NCBI GenBank assembly: GCA_012026655.1
Contig: JAAILG010001776.1
Span: 1-62,041 of the forward strand
Direction: 5' to 3'
DNA length: 62,041 nt
From: Hydrolagus affinis
Lineage: Eukaryota
Below, piece after piece: positions 37,050-50,902 of the stretch (within the stretch, counting starts at the first letter, position 1; the number at the start of each line of letters is the position of its first letter). Position numbers and translations under genes: made by a program. The notes under the pieces were generated by a model. That model saw only the letters and a list, made by a program, of their open reading frames with translations. It had not been told where the DNA came from and did not search any database.

Positions 37050-38565
37050 AACTGATGCGGTTGGCATCACCCATTCACAGCAACAAGTTTACTGATTGCA
37101 AACCTTTCTCCAGACCTGCGTGGTTTTCTTCTGGTTGTGGCGATACTGCTGAGAACAAGGACAAATGGAGAAACTTAATTCCCCCCCCCCACTACCCTGA
37201 GGTTAACTTGTTTTTGCATCGTTGGATGTCGCTTTACTTGAAATGTATTGGTTACAATTAATGCTCCTGTAACTCAGTCTATACAGTTCTTGAAGTTTTT
37301 TCATTCTAGTCTTAAAAAATCAAACTCTTATCATCCGATAGACTGTCCATATAATATTGTTATAAGTTCATCTTTTAATGGTTTAAAAAAAACTCTTCTA
37401 ACATCGGTTTGTTACAGTAGACTAAACAATGGGATAGAAACACTGCATTTTGATTTTACACTGTTATATTACTTTCATGGTACTTGATCGAGTACCAATT
37501 ACAATTGGACATACAGAGTATTTTTTACAGCCGAGCTTAACATATATTATGTGCATTTGACCTGCAAGTCTGTTGAAAGTAAATACCTATTGTATTCAGC
37601 TTCTTCGTGGCACTTTTCTAACTACTTTAAATTTAAGAGGATTTGTCTGATGATGATGTCTGAACACTAACATATTGCTTTGGTAACTCAAGCAGTTCAT
37701 TATATTTTCCATATTTCTTAAATTACTTTATCAGCCAATGGTTTTGAAAATAGAATGACGGCTAGTAGCAAAATAATATATTGTTTTTTGAACGTGAAAT
37801 CCTCACGGCTCCTCAGTAATATTTGAAAATGAACGCACTGGTGATCACACTTCCATCCTAGTTTCCCTGTAAATACACCCAAGAAAATTTCAATAATGAG
37901 ACGATTAATCTTCACAAAACTGGCTAATTGAAAATATCATGTATATTCATTAAGATGCAAATCTTCTATTCTTAAAAGCTCGCCATTATGCTTCCTGTAA
38001 ACCTAAATCCTGTCAGTATTGCTTTATTCCCTTTTGGAAATGGACAGGATGCAAACCAAATATTTAAATTGTAGTGTACAGTATATGTAACAGTTGGAAT
38101 ATCATCTCAAATATGCTTTTCTTTCTTGTCAGTTCATTAATGCTTTGAAAAGTTAGAATACTTATTTATATATGTTTGGTCATTAAAACATTATAGCCAG
38201 AGGCAACGATTGTATTTTGAAATATGCACTCTGATAAGATCACCATTTCAAATATTTTTGCAAGTTACATTTAATCACTAATTAATGACCTAATGTGCAC
38301 TTTCCTTCAAAGTTATTTTATTTTAAAATGTTTAACCTTACAAAACAGACTTGAATATAGAGGTTAATAACTGTTTCCTGAGTTTGGCTGTTTAAAAAGT
38401 GAATTTACTTTGTTTGATTATACTGTAGCGCACTACATTGTGTTCTCATTCCAATTTGATGCTGAATCATATTGACTTTGTAAAGACTTTGTAAGGACTT
38501 GTAACAAGCAAACTTTTTTTATTCAAATGGCGAATTCAGTAAAGAAGAATTTATTTGCATATGTG
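37050..38565 (+). other. ARL6IP6: Probable ARL6IP6 3' UTR
   Basis: AT-rich and free of recognised repeats; candidate poly(A) signals ATTAAA 38182-38187 and AGTAAA 38538-38543, the latter followed by a GT/T-rich tract. End point inferred. Confidence 0.45.
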
Positions 38566-39733
38566 TTCAGATGCAAGTGTTTTTGTTTCTTTCGTATGAA
38601 TTTTAAGTGTCAGGATGATGACTTAATAATGTAAGAGTTTATCTACTTATGAACAAAACAGTAGATATCCAGCAATACACTGTCAACCAAATTCCACTTG
38701 AATAGTACTAGAAATTTATAGTACAGTACTTGGGCTGCTGTTGTATCTATTGGACCCGAAATCAATGCAGTCAGGCAGAATGAGACATGCCTGAGAGCAG
38801 TGTAGCTTATTTGTGTCTTAGCAAGAAAATAGTGAGACAGAAATGAGGAGGATTTGGGTTTGAGGTGGGAGGAGAGAAGGGGTCATAAGCACTTTTGTTA
38901 CATAATTAGTTAAGTCCTGTATTTGTCAATCAAAGCTTAAGTTGCCTCCCTGAGGTGAATATGAGACGTTAAAAAAAAATCTTTGGGTTCGCCCACAAAA
39001 TATACTATCCATTCTACGTTACTGAAGTGTTTTGAGACGTCTCAACAATGTGATACGGTGTTATATCAGACGCAAGGATTATTATTACTAAATTAAACAG
39101 TGAGCCTGCTGCGCTTTTCTAGCTGGCAGCCTGACAACAGAAGGTGAGGAAGAAGCAGACAGACACCTGGAGAAGAGAAAAAGAAAAAACCTTGGAAAAC
39201 AAAGTTACAGCCTAATAAATGTTGGCACAAACCACACCGGAGCCATATGTTCCCAGAGTATATCATCAGTCTTTCCTTGACAGTAGATGCCCCACAAGCC
39301 CACAGTGAATAATTCTGAACATACCCAGAAAACTAACCTTCAGCATCTCTGCGAATGCTGCCATGAAGCTTTCAGTAAACACTGATTAGGAAAAGGACAA
39401 TAGTGTTGGAACGGTGGAGGCAATAACACCAAGAACCATCATATACTGTATGAGGATGAATTACAATTAAGCTGAGTGGAATCATTCTTTGGCAATTCCA
39501 ACAAGTAAAATCTTAGAATGAGAAGCTTCTACCAACTTAAGATGGGGGTAATAAAATAATATTTGCGCTTTGCAGTATGCATTTTGCCCACACATATACA
39601 GTCAGTTCACTTTACAGTACTGTAGATTTTTGTGAAGTGCTTTGAGACTCCTAGAAGATGTGAAAAGCACTATATCAAATGCAAGGATTATTATTATTAG
39701 ATACATTACAATATGCATTTGGTACTGAAGCAG

Positions 39734-40083
39734 TAGTGTCCGGTGATATATCGGTATAATTCTTCATATTGATATGCCGATATTGGAAATTTGAATATAT
39801 TGGTATATTGAAAAATTCAGTATCAAAAAGATCGGTATATCACAAAACATCGGTGTATCATGTCCGGTGATATATCGATATATCGGTATAATATAAAACT
39901 TTTTCAACTTACCTTGTCGCCGGCATTGCAAACCTCCTGGGCCTAGAGCACGCACATCGGAATGCGCGCGCACCTCCGAATGCGCACGCATACACAGGAT
40001 AAAAAAAACACGGTGATATTGATATATCGATATAAGCCCACCGATATATTGATATCGGAAAATTTCCATATCGATGGACCCTA
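39734..40083. mobile_element. Non-autonomous hAT MITE with 8-bp target site duplication
   Basis: TIRs TAGTGTCCGGTGATAT / ATATCGATGGACCCTA; TSD TGAAGCAG at 39726-39733 and 40084-40091; many subterminal ATATCG repeats. Confidence 0.9.
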
Positions 40084-40483
40084 TGAAGCAGTCATTCAAA
40101 ATCTCTCCATAACAATAGAAAGTGCCTTAACATGTCAACGAAACCCGAAGTGTTACATTGAAGTGAAGAGAAGCTTACGCATGCAAACCTGACTCAGGTT
40201 AACCCAAAATAATGCCCCACAAACAATGAGATAAATAGTAAGTCACAGGAATCTGGGTTTGGATGATGATCGAATGTTGGCTGGGACACATTTTAAAATC
40301 ATAGGAAGACAAAAACTTTGGTGTCTGTGTTCAAGGGAGAAATTTTTAAAAAAAATGATTTGGGCCCCTTTGGACAATTAAACTTAAGGAAGGCAATGAC
40401 TAATGAAGGATGCAATGTGACAGAACCATGCTATGGTTGCTTAGATAAAATTATGGAGGTTGGAAAGATAAGACAAGACTTCC

Positions 40484-40962
40484 AAACTTAAACCAAGGGC
40501 GATCAACAACCGAAAGGGTTACTTAACTTTGACGCAAAATTGCAGCCGTTGAAATGATGACAATGTACAAAAGTGCACTTGCCTTCTGAAGCCAAAGGTT
40601 AAATTAGCACAGGACGCACGGAGATGGATGGGTCAGAGGGAAAACAACTGCTCGTCTGTTTTGGGAAGTTGATGGTCAGGTCCGTGATCCTTTTATAAAT
40701 AGAAGCACTTGAGCATTTCCTTACCATTACTGGAATGTGATGAGATGCATAAGATGCCTGAGAGACAGGAATTTGGATGGAAGGAGAAGTATTTCATATG
40801 AGCTCGGGGATGATATGTAGTCGTATGAGATGGGATGTCAGTTTTTTTTATTAGCTGTGCAGCACTATGTAACAATGAGACTTCCATCATTTCAACGGCT
40901 GCAATTTTGTGTCAAGGTTAACTAAACCTTTCAGTTGTTGACCCAGTCCTTGGTTTAAGTTT
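40484..40962. mobile_element. Unclassified MITE-like element with ~77-bp inverted repeats
   Basis: 40484-40559 is the reverse complement of 40885-40962 (includes exact CAAAATTGCAGCCGTTGAAATGATG). Confidence 0.7.
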
Positions 40963-43054
40963 AGTAGGTGATTGGTTCTATCTTTCTGTGACGCTCTTTG
41001 AGATGTCTTGAAGAATCGATAAGGCGCTATATCAAATGAAGGGATATTATTATCACATTCTGATAAATAGTGCATCTGCAAGCAGCACACTAACGCTGTG
41101 AGGTAGGTAAGGAGATTACACCCAGTCTGCTCGCATTTCGAACATATAAGCACATGTAATGCAATCAACTGTTGCAGATTGTTTAATAGTACACGTGTCA
41201 CATCATCAAAATGGTATTATGTTTCTTCACACAATTTTTGAAACAAATCCAACTAGACCCCAAAACAGGCAGGTGATGTGATGAACTTTTAGTCTTGGAC
41301 GGGTGCAAAAGAAATAATATATACTGTATATAGTATATATAATAGCCCTTGTAATTGATACAGCGCCTTATCACATCTTCGAGACATCCCAAAGCGCCTC
41401 ACAGAATATATTGTAACTTAAATTGACTGCATGTTTTGTATGGGGTGAAGTGGATTATATCATTGTCCCTTATTTTAACTAAAAACAATAAAATGTGTGA
41501 TGCATATTTCAGCCACACAGTTTAAAATGAGACTACATTACCAGTATGTTCAGACAGCAGGTGTAAGCTCCGGACATCTATTTTAATCAGTTTGTCACTT
41601 TGAATTTGTGTTCTTTAATTCAGCCTGCGAGCTTCTTGACAGCATAAAGGAATCCCTGCTTCAAGCAGCACTCTGTAACCAGCACCATGAATGTGCAGAG
41701 CTATAACACCAGACTACCTCACAACCCTGATGTAACATAAATAGGATTCATCTTGCTAATCTTGTGACATGGTTCAGTTTCCCTCATGTATCTCAGATTC
41801 ATTGCGGTCAAATTTAAACATAGCTTTAAAACTTTTACGTTTCAAACAAAACATGGTAAGTTACACCCTTTAGAAAAGTCTGTGGTGAATGTGATCAATA
41901 AATGAATGGAAATGAGTTTGTTCAATGTATTAAATGAATATGTCTAAAGCTAAAACGAAGGATTCCAACTTTCTGGTAAGTCAATAAATTAATACAACTG
42001 AAACAGTTGCGATTTGCTGTAAAATAAATTTAGAAGCATTGCAATGTTCCACCAAATACAGACTTGCGTTATCGATTGCCTGAAGAAGGAGGTTTGAGCA
42101 GTTTAATTCACACAGCTGTTGCCTCCATATAGCAGATCCAAACCGATTCTGGCTCCAACTCCCACGTGCTCTCTTAAACATTCTCGGGCCTGTCCAGTTT
42201 GCACGGTCAGAATAAATTGTTTCAAAATATTTTCCAACAACCTTCAGAAGATGTAACCGAGCCCTCACTCGGTTGATTTTGTTGAGGACAACTTACATTG
42301 TTCAGGAGCTTTCTCAAAAGTCAATGATTATTAATCAGCACCAAATTTTTTATTCCATTCCATTTTCAAATTACGCGCTAATTACCCCCTTCTGATGCTG
42401 TGGACAGAGTTGATGCTGTTTGTTTTACAATACATCAATTTAGTAAAAACTAAGAATGCTATTTTAAAAAGACATTGATATGATACAAGAGTGGTCTTAA
42501 TCAGTTGGAGCTTGAGAAACCTTAGATTTATCGATTAATCTGGTTTCAGAAAAGAAGGGGACATGTATTTGAAACCCTTTTTTTTGGCAAATAGTATAAC
42601 CTTAGATGTTTGTTGCTTGAAGGGGATTGAATGAAAGGCAAAGAGTGACATGACTGGGAGTGGGACATATGCCTTTACAGGGATAGGATCAATCAATAGC
42701 TCGTAAAACACAGCTCAGGTTAGCAACAATGTGAAACGCCAGGTCCTTCCTTGCAAATGGAACTGAGCAGCTGCCGTAAGAGCCCCACATATTGACCCCA
42801 GTCGTGACATTTTCATTCCCTACACTTTGTGTTCATGTAACCTTTCCGAGGACAGAATGTGGAATGAGCAGCATTGGATTCAGTTAGGAATTGCTGAAGA
42901 CTTGGCTAGATTAGAAAAGCTATTAAACTGACAGGATTCATTTTATCTCAAAAATTGATTCAAAAGAACCTCCTACTGGGCAGTTTTGGAAAACCACCCC
43001 CTTATCTATAGAATCAGAGAATGTTACAACACAAAAGGAAGCCATTTGGCCAAT

Positions 43055-43220
43055 TATGTCCCACAAACAGTCGTGGATTGAAGTGACCAATTTATTTTTT
43101 GGGGTTTTCTTAAAAGCATTATTATCAGGCGTGCAGAGTAAGGAAACTTGCCCAAGGTTTCCCCCTGCAGGGAATTGAACCCAGGTTTACTTGCTCTAAC
43201 CACTAAAGCTACAGGACTCC
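43055..43220 (-). mobile_element. SINE, 5' part
   Basis: Same family head and body. Confidence 0.8.
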
Positions 43221-44319
43221 ACAACCACTGAGTACCTCTTGAGCTCCAAACTACTGTGTCACACGATTTTGTTGGGTCTCTATTTAATCCTAATTAAATA
43301 TCTATTCTGAGTTAATTTGATCTGTTACCTAAAAATTCACCGCAGTTAACCTTTAGGGAGGATCAGCATTTCGATTTAAGAGCTTAGATAAGGTACTGCA
43401 AGAAAGCATGGCTTATTATAGTAGATGGTGGTTATAAAGCAGTGTACTTGTTTGGGTTGTAGGAAAACTACAGAGTGACTAAAAGCACATTTGAATCCAA
43501 CACTGGATTAAGAATTTCGATGATAAAATATCTGCCGTTGGCCTTCAGACCTACTGTTCTACAAAATACCTTAGACGAGAATCACAATTTCGAATTCTAC
43601 ACAGCAAATGGTTTGCTTACCTCTATATCAGTGTGCGTGAGAGTACATGTGTGGATGCTATCAGTCTGTGAATAAAACTATTCCAAAAGATCAATCCTAT
43701 GTGAATTAGTTTGTTGTCAGTCTATATCTCTCTGCAGATGACTAAAAGCCAGTACAGTTGCCAATACAGTATATATGTTGTGAATAACAATTTGTAAATG
43801 TCTGGCACAGGGTGCGATTCACGGAGGGCAAAGGCTCCGACTCTCTCTACCTTGAGATTGTGTTCATTTTCAGTATTTCATCTGGTAGCCATGCCAACCA
43901 CTGGTAAAAAAAAAAATAAAGCCACCTGAGGTAAAATTCAGTGACTGAACTAAACCCATCTAAGATTGGGAGAGATTGGGCTCTGCCTACATTGCTGTCT
44001 GGACGGGTCATGTACGTGCTTCACAAAGTAAGCCAGATACATGTATGTGAGGCCGAGGGTTTTCATTTTGTCAGACTGACATGATTTGTCCCCGGGTATG
44101 ACACTTCTATAATTGCGAAAAGGACGATGTTGGAGCATTTAAGTAAAGCTCTCCTGCAACACATGCTGTAACATCTACAGGACACCTAACCATGACTGAC
44201 ACAATAACATTTTAACCCCATGTGAACCCCGATTAGGAAGTTAACAGTGTTTGTGCGATTAAAAAAAAACGCATTTGTGCGATGTTGCAGTTTTACCCAA
44301 TTAGAGCCCGCTAATGGTG

Positions 44320-44540
44320 ATAATAATAATAATCCTTGCATTTGATGTGGCGCTATTCACATCTTCTAGACGTCTCAAAGCGCTTCACAGAATATACTGT
44401 AAAGTGAATTGACTGTATATTTGTGGGCGAAACGCGGCAGCCAGCCAATTGCGCACAGCAGTGTCCCCCACAACCAGTCGTGGATTGAATTGACCAATTT
44501 TATTTATTGTGTTTTTTTTAATGGAGGAATTATTATCCTG
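44320..44540 (-). mobile_element. SINE, 3' part
   Basis: Body GCTGTGCGCAATTGGCTG and tail. Confidence 0.85.
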
Positions 44541-47229
44541 GGAGAAAAGAATGTGGGTCCATTTATCAACTTCCCTTCTCAACAAAAAAAACTATCAACG
44601 CTTTGTATCGGCCTGACCAAATTAAGGTTGAATTGTAATTCAATTGGTGGAAGAAATTTTTCTAATGGTTTGGGTTGCCTTGGGACCTCCTCCTAATGTG
44701 AAAGGCGTTATACAAGTGTAATTTTGTTGTTGTTAAAGGTGGACTTAAAACAGACCTTAATTAAGAGAGGGGAGATGGGGGTCTGAAATATAGGGGGCTG
44801 GGGGTTGATAGGTTATTTTCTGAATCCATTGAAGTGGACTGTTTGTTGTTTGCCTGGATTATAACCTAACCAGGTTCTGGTTTGATCAAGCTACAGTACT
44901 TCTGAAATAAAAACCAAATGTTACCTTGTCCTGTGTGGGAATGTTTTGCGAAAGGGCTGGGACAATTAGATGTTGACTTGTTTTGTTTCTGGTCAAGTTC
45001 CTGGCTGGTTTAATAATAATAATAATAATAATAATAATCCTTGTATTTGATATAGCTTTCACATCTTACTATTTCACATCTTATCGATGTCTCAAACTGA
45101 GACAAATTCAATTAGGTGAAGTATATGTAGGGACTTCTGGCTATGGTATGGAGTTAATGAGTGCCCTCTTTGTGACTGAACACAAAGTGCAACTGCATCA
45201 AGTTAAATGGGACAGGTGACATTTGCTGACGAGCAATTTGCAGTGATATCTGGATAAGTTTCTGCTAGAATGAGCTTCTCTTTTTGGCAGAGGCTCGGTC
45301 TACAACTTACTGCAACGTGAAAGCAATGTTCCCATGAGATTTATTGTTATACATTCTTGCAAGGGATCAAATCACTTTGACAAACAGTGCTTGAAATTTA
45401 TTTTTAATCAACCTTTCAACGAATGCCATCTTGATACAGTTTCCAGCCGTCAGCGAAATCAACAGGAAAGGAAGTTTGTCATCAATTGGAAGAATAATAA
45501 CGTGAATTAATTGGTGCTGAGGTGTCAACGAGGCTCACTTTTTAAACTTCATTCTCATTTTGAATCTATGGGAGTCTATGAAAGCTACTCTTGTTTTGCC
45601 TGCCGGTAAATGAAACGTACAGAAAGTTTCCATTGCTTTGTTCATTCTTGGTGAAGCCTTTCTATTAGCAAGAGTTAGAAACTTTAGCTGGTTTAACTAC
45701 AATGGTGGGATGGATAACAGCTGTCGTGAAAAGCAATCGGTTTGTTACATTTACATAAATAAACTCGGTATCCTCGCACAGTGCAATATTTACATTTGTT
45801 TAATGAAATGAGTAAGGTCTTGCTGTTTATCTTTGCCAAAAAACAGTCTTTATCAAATGAGCGTTATAATAGTAAACAACAGTATGTGGTTGGTCTGACA
45901 GAAATTCTGAAGGTGGTGTACAGCTGATTACCTGAAGAAAATAACTAATCAGATGCGCAGTATTGATGTTTATTGCAGACTCAACAATATGCACCAAATG
46001 AAAGAGTTCTGTGTCCTCCCGATGTGAAAGGCGCTCTATAAATGTACCTTTGTTGTTGTTGTTGTTGTTGGGTATGCTACTTGCGTGAATTTAAAAATTT
46101 ATCGAGAACGTTACAATTCCAAAGTCATAATAGGGACAGAGTCACACTGCGTCGGGGGCTTGAGCAGTTGATGACGTGTTAGATATTTAATCTGCTGTGT
46201 TTTCCAACAAAAGAAAATGAACTTGTTGATCTGTACATCTCGTAACAAAAGGCCTCAAACTAATCTGAGGAATCCAGGCTCCTTTCCCACCCAACAGCAA
46301 ATATTCTGTGTTTCCATAGTGACAGTGTTCCAGATCCTTTTATATAAAGTAATTAACAGGTTTGTGTGTCTGCTTATTTCAGGGGAGATGAAAGAAAGGC
46401 ATTAATTATGTTTATATTAGATATTAATTCTCACAGATCATAAAGTTTGATCTAATTGCTTTAGACTTAGTCTTTGGAGGAATATATTTTGAGTTATTTT
46501 ACATTAATACGTTAAATTGATACAAATATAAATTCCGGTGCCTTTCTCTATCTCATTCCAGTCGTACACGTTTCTGGCGTAGAATTTCAGTGCTGAGTTA
46601 ATATGAACTGTAATATCAACACCTCCTTGTGGATCTGTGTAGGTTAATTTTAATAGTCAAAATGGTTGATGTAAAATCTGCTATTAAAGATGTGTTATTT
46701 TACTCCTGTGTATAATCACTTAACCCAGTAAATGGCACAGTTTTACTGACTGACTGACTGACTGACTGTCTATCGCAGGATTGTTTTATCTGATAATATT
46801 TGTCACATTCTTGCGCCTCTAGCTAAAACCGTTTATACCTGTGAGAATATATTTCAGATGAAAGGATATTTAGGTGATTTATTTTGTGTGCAAGGGTACA
46901 TTTTAAGCATTTAAATGGTGCACTACATTTTTGAAAAAGCATTCGAGAATTTAGATTTGAATTCAGTTAAAGGTCAAGAAACCTATTTCCTGTGCCAAAT
47001 AAATTTCTTATAGTGGTGCCTTACCGGCAGGCAACAAAATTTATCATTTCATGGAGGAGTATTCTAATCCTGAAAAGCCCTGCCACCGAGACCTGCTTTA
47101 TTAAAGAAGGCAGATACTTAATCACTGTTGTTATAGCCTTGAGCCTCTATTGTTTATTTGTGGCCTATTCACATTTCCTGCCATAGGTTTCTATAATTTG
47201 CTCTGAAGAATGTGAATGCCTTTCTACGT

Positions 47230-47405
47230 TCAGCCTCAGGCCTTCAGCCTCTCTGCCCCCACTCACCCCTCCCTTGACTCCTTCAAGGCTCGTCTCAAGA
47301 CCCTCCTCTTCGACCGTGCCTCAGGTTCAAATCCCTGACTGTCCAGCGCCTTGAGACCACCTCCCAATATGAAAGGCGCTTTACAGATTTAATTTGTTGC
47401 TGTTA
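47230..47405 (+). mobile_element. L2 LINE 3' fragment
   Basis: TCCTTCAAGGCTCGTCTCAAGACCCTCCTCTT...GCGCCTTGAGAC...GAAAGGCGCT tail. Shorter tails at ~8500, 18312, 24368, 29256, 35090-35340, 35922, 44678, 46013, 47550, 48050, 49290, 57625, 62010. Confidence 0.72.
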
Positions 47406-48017
47406 TGTTGAAACCATTTCCCCCTCACTACCCTTTCCAATTAGTCCTTTCCTCGGGAGCTCTGACTCATGGATCCTGGGGAACTCCGACAGCTCATCTA
47501 GTGGCCATTCTTCATACGAGCCTCAGTCGGCTATGATGAGGCTGTGTGAAGCGCTCTGAGATGCCGTCCGGCAAGGAGGGCGCTATATAAATAGAAGTTG
47601 TTGTTGTTGTGATTCTGATCCAGGTAATAACCAAACTCATTGGAAGTGCGAGGCGATCTCAATAGTTTTTTTTCTCGCCTGCTGCTTTTACCCTTTAGAT
47701 ATACAGTTACTACACTTAATGTTAACTTCTCTGAAGAGCTTTGCGATGTTTGGTTGTGATCATCAAATGGAAAGGTTATGATTCAAGATTACCCAGATAA
47801 ACATGTATTCAGCCAAGTCCCTCAGGTGAAACCTCTGAATGAAGTCTCTATTCTTAAACCTCCCACACACACACACAATATAATGCACCATCAGTTATAA
47901 AAAATAAAACACAAAGACCTGACTGATGATGAGAATAATAATAATAATAATCATAATAATCCTTGACATTGGATATTGAGCTTTTCACGACTTCTAGACA
48001 TCTCAAAGCATTTGACA

Positions 48018-48050
<33 letters not shown>

Positions 48051-48812
48051 TTACATTTATATAGCGCCTTTCACCTCGGGAGGACGTCTCAAGGCGCTGA
48101 ACAATCAGGTAGGGATTAGAGCAGGGGGGAGGAGTTGGGGGAAAGAGAGTAGGAAAACTGACTGTATATTTGTGGGCGAAACGCGGCAGCCAAATTGCAC
48201 ACAGCAGTGTCCCACAAACAGTCGCGGAAGTGGGGCCAGGGGAGAAAGGGGGAAAAGAGGATAAGGGGGGAGAGGGAGGGAAAGGTGGGGTGGGGTAAAG
48301 TCAGAGAGAGAGTGGGGGAGAGGGGGAGAAAGGGAAGGAAGAGGGAGGGAAGGGTGAAAAAGGTTATCAAAGGCTCTCATCTTTGAGCCCATCATATCAT
48401 GCGTGTCTTGCTGTTAAGGTTTAATCAAACGACCCTAGTGTCGTGGAACAGAAAGGGTGAAGTGATTTGTGCTCAATGTCAAAGGGGAACTCAAACGAGA
48501 AGTGAAACATATTTATCTTCAGGTTAATGACGTTGGTGGCTGTAGTTTCCACAGGAGGCGCGGACACACTCATGTAAGATTTCTCACATTAAGCATTCTT
48601 GTGGCTTTTCAGAGCAAGCTGATGATTTATTTGCATGTTTATTTTTGGCTGTCAAGCTGGGGTGCAATGACCCAAACTGATTTATTTTAACGCAAAAGAT
48701 CAGAACAGTGTAAGTATAGCTTGTCATTTTATCCATTCGTTCATTTTTTTCAACGCAGAATATACAGAATATACAGTAAAATGAATTGACTGTATATTTG
48801 TGGACAAAACAT

Positions 48813-49164
48813 AATAATAATATATAATAATAATCCTTGCATTTGATATAGCGCTTTCCACATCTAATCAACGTCCCAAAGCACTTCACAGAATATACTG
48901 TAAAGTGAATTGACTGTATATATTTGTGGGTGAATCGCGGCAGCCAATTGTGCACAGCAGCGTCCCCATAAACAGTTGTGGATTGAAATGACCAATTTTA
49001 TTATTGTGGTTGTTTTTTTTTGGAGGGATTATTGTTAGGCGTGTGGAATAAGGAAACTTGCCCAAGGTTTCGCCCTGACCTGCCTGGATTCGAACACAGG
49101 TCTTCCCAGCTTGGTCTCCCCAGCTTGCAAGACAAGTGCTCTAACCACTGAGCCACAGGAGCTC
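48813..49164 (-). mobile_element. Full-length SINE nested in an older SINE
   Basis: Head to (ATT)n tail; AACAT duplicated at 48808-48812 and 49165-49169; host halves at ~48760-48812 and 49165-49230. Confidence 0.88.
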
Positions 49165-49679
49165 AACATGGCAGCCAATTGCACATGGCAGTGTCCTCAC
49201 AAACAGCCCTGGATTGAAAAGACCAATTTATCCTTGTTTTTTGATGAATATTTGTGAGGCAGGACTGTGACGACGACAGCAAACAACAAGATTACACTTA
49301 CAGAGCGCCTCTCACGTCGGGAGGAAGTCCCAAGGAGAGTTTTCAATCACAGTGTCTGAGAGAAGCTTAAGTTCTGGCGTTGGACTATTTTGCTTTGCTC
49401 TGACTTGGGTTGCTAATCCTCTCAATTAAAGCTTGACTCACGGGCATTGTAAGCCATCGATGTTCTGATGAGCCAACTGCAGGTTGCTGAGTGACCATCT
49501 CCTGACCCAGGAAAGACAGCAGTCACCTAAATGGTTATGGATTTCCTTTATCAACCCTGGGACTCTGTTGGAAGGTAAAACGGAATAATATTAATGGTGA
49601 CAGGATGGTGGACCGTGGGTTTAGAGTGATTATTTCATATTTAGAATTCATATCTTTGGTTTCTACTAGGTTATGATAA

Positions 49680-49900
49680 ATAATAATGATGATGATAATA
49701 ATCCTTGCATTTTATATAACGCTTTTTCACATCTTCTAGATGTCTTAAAGCACTTCACAGAGTATACTGCAAAATGAATTGACTATATTTTGTGGGCAAA
49801 ACTCGGCAGCCAATTGCGCACAGTAGTGTCCCACAAACAGTCGTGGATTGAACTGACCAATTTTATTATCGTGGTTTTTTTTGGGGGGACGGATTATGGA
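49680..49900 (-). mobile_element. SINE, 3' part
   Basis: Same family body and tail. Confidence 0.85.
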
Positions 49901-50902
49901 AGAATTAGAGATTCATAATGGACCATTTGATTTCTCCTGAAAAGGTTTACATGTACAGTGTACATACACACAGCTTTCACCCAGTTTATCGAAACAAGCT
50001 TAACAGATTCACTTAAAGCACTATTTCTGTGCTGTAAACATTCTGACTGATTTTATTGCTCCATTAAAACCATTAATACATACTATAGTGCTTGTTCTTC
50101 CAGTTGTATATTTAGGTTTATGAGAAAGGAAAAACTGTGCAGCATGACGATCTACTCCGACTAAAATAAATTATTTTAATTTGATAACTTTGCAAAGCAA
50201 GTACCAGTTAATAAAATGGTTTATTTTAACATGTCTGTCTGACAGGAACACTGAGCAAACAAACCCCCACAGGAGAATTTAATGTCTTACCATGTTTTAT
50301 TATCAATGCTTTTTACTGCTTAGTGAAGTGCCTCTTATCTTTGGGATTGAATAATGATAAAGGTGCTGCAATGGGAGACTTTATTGAATGACTATTCAGA
50401 TTTTGTGAAATTAATTTGGTTGGAATAGTTGAGAAATGATCGTGCTTCTTAAATGGGTGCGAACTCAATCCTTCTCGCATCAACAATGGTCGGCTTCGGG
50501 AATCGTGATTAGAACCTCGGTTTCAAATGGCCTCCTTTTGAGCTGTGAAAGAGAAAGCTCGTTATAATGAACTCGTACTCCCAGAGAATGGCACTGTGCA
50601 TTTGTCTGAGCGAGTTGCCAAATACCACAGTCGTGTTTCATTTCAGAGGCTGAACCGTGGAGGGATTGATGGCATGAGACTCAGGAAATGAAATCCCAAA
50701 TATATTTTCTTTTCTTTTGCTTCGCAACAAAGAAAGGAAAACAGAGTATGATGGAAAAAGTATGAGTTTGTTTTGGTGTGCGCCTCTGCCCATTCGTTAT
50801 TTTGTCCAGTTTTGTGTCATTTGGTTGCCCAATCCACGACTACAGTATATTCTGTGAAGCGCTCTGAGACATCTCAACATTGTGATTAGATGCTATATCA
50901 TG

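Noticed and set aside
39734-40083. Repeated ATATCG/CGATAT units suggesting an array
   Set aside because: Irregular subterminal repeats of a hAT MITE; no repeat-spacer periodicity and eukaryotic context, so not CRISPR
46745-46770. (TGAC)n run as a possible Helitron signature
   Set aside because: No supporting termini; treated as a simple microsatellite
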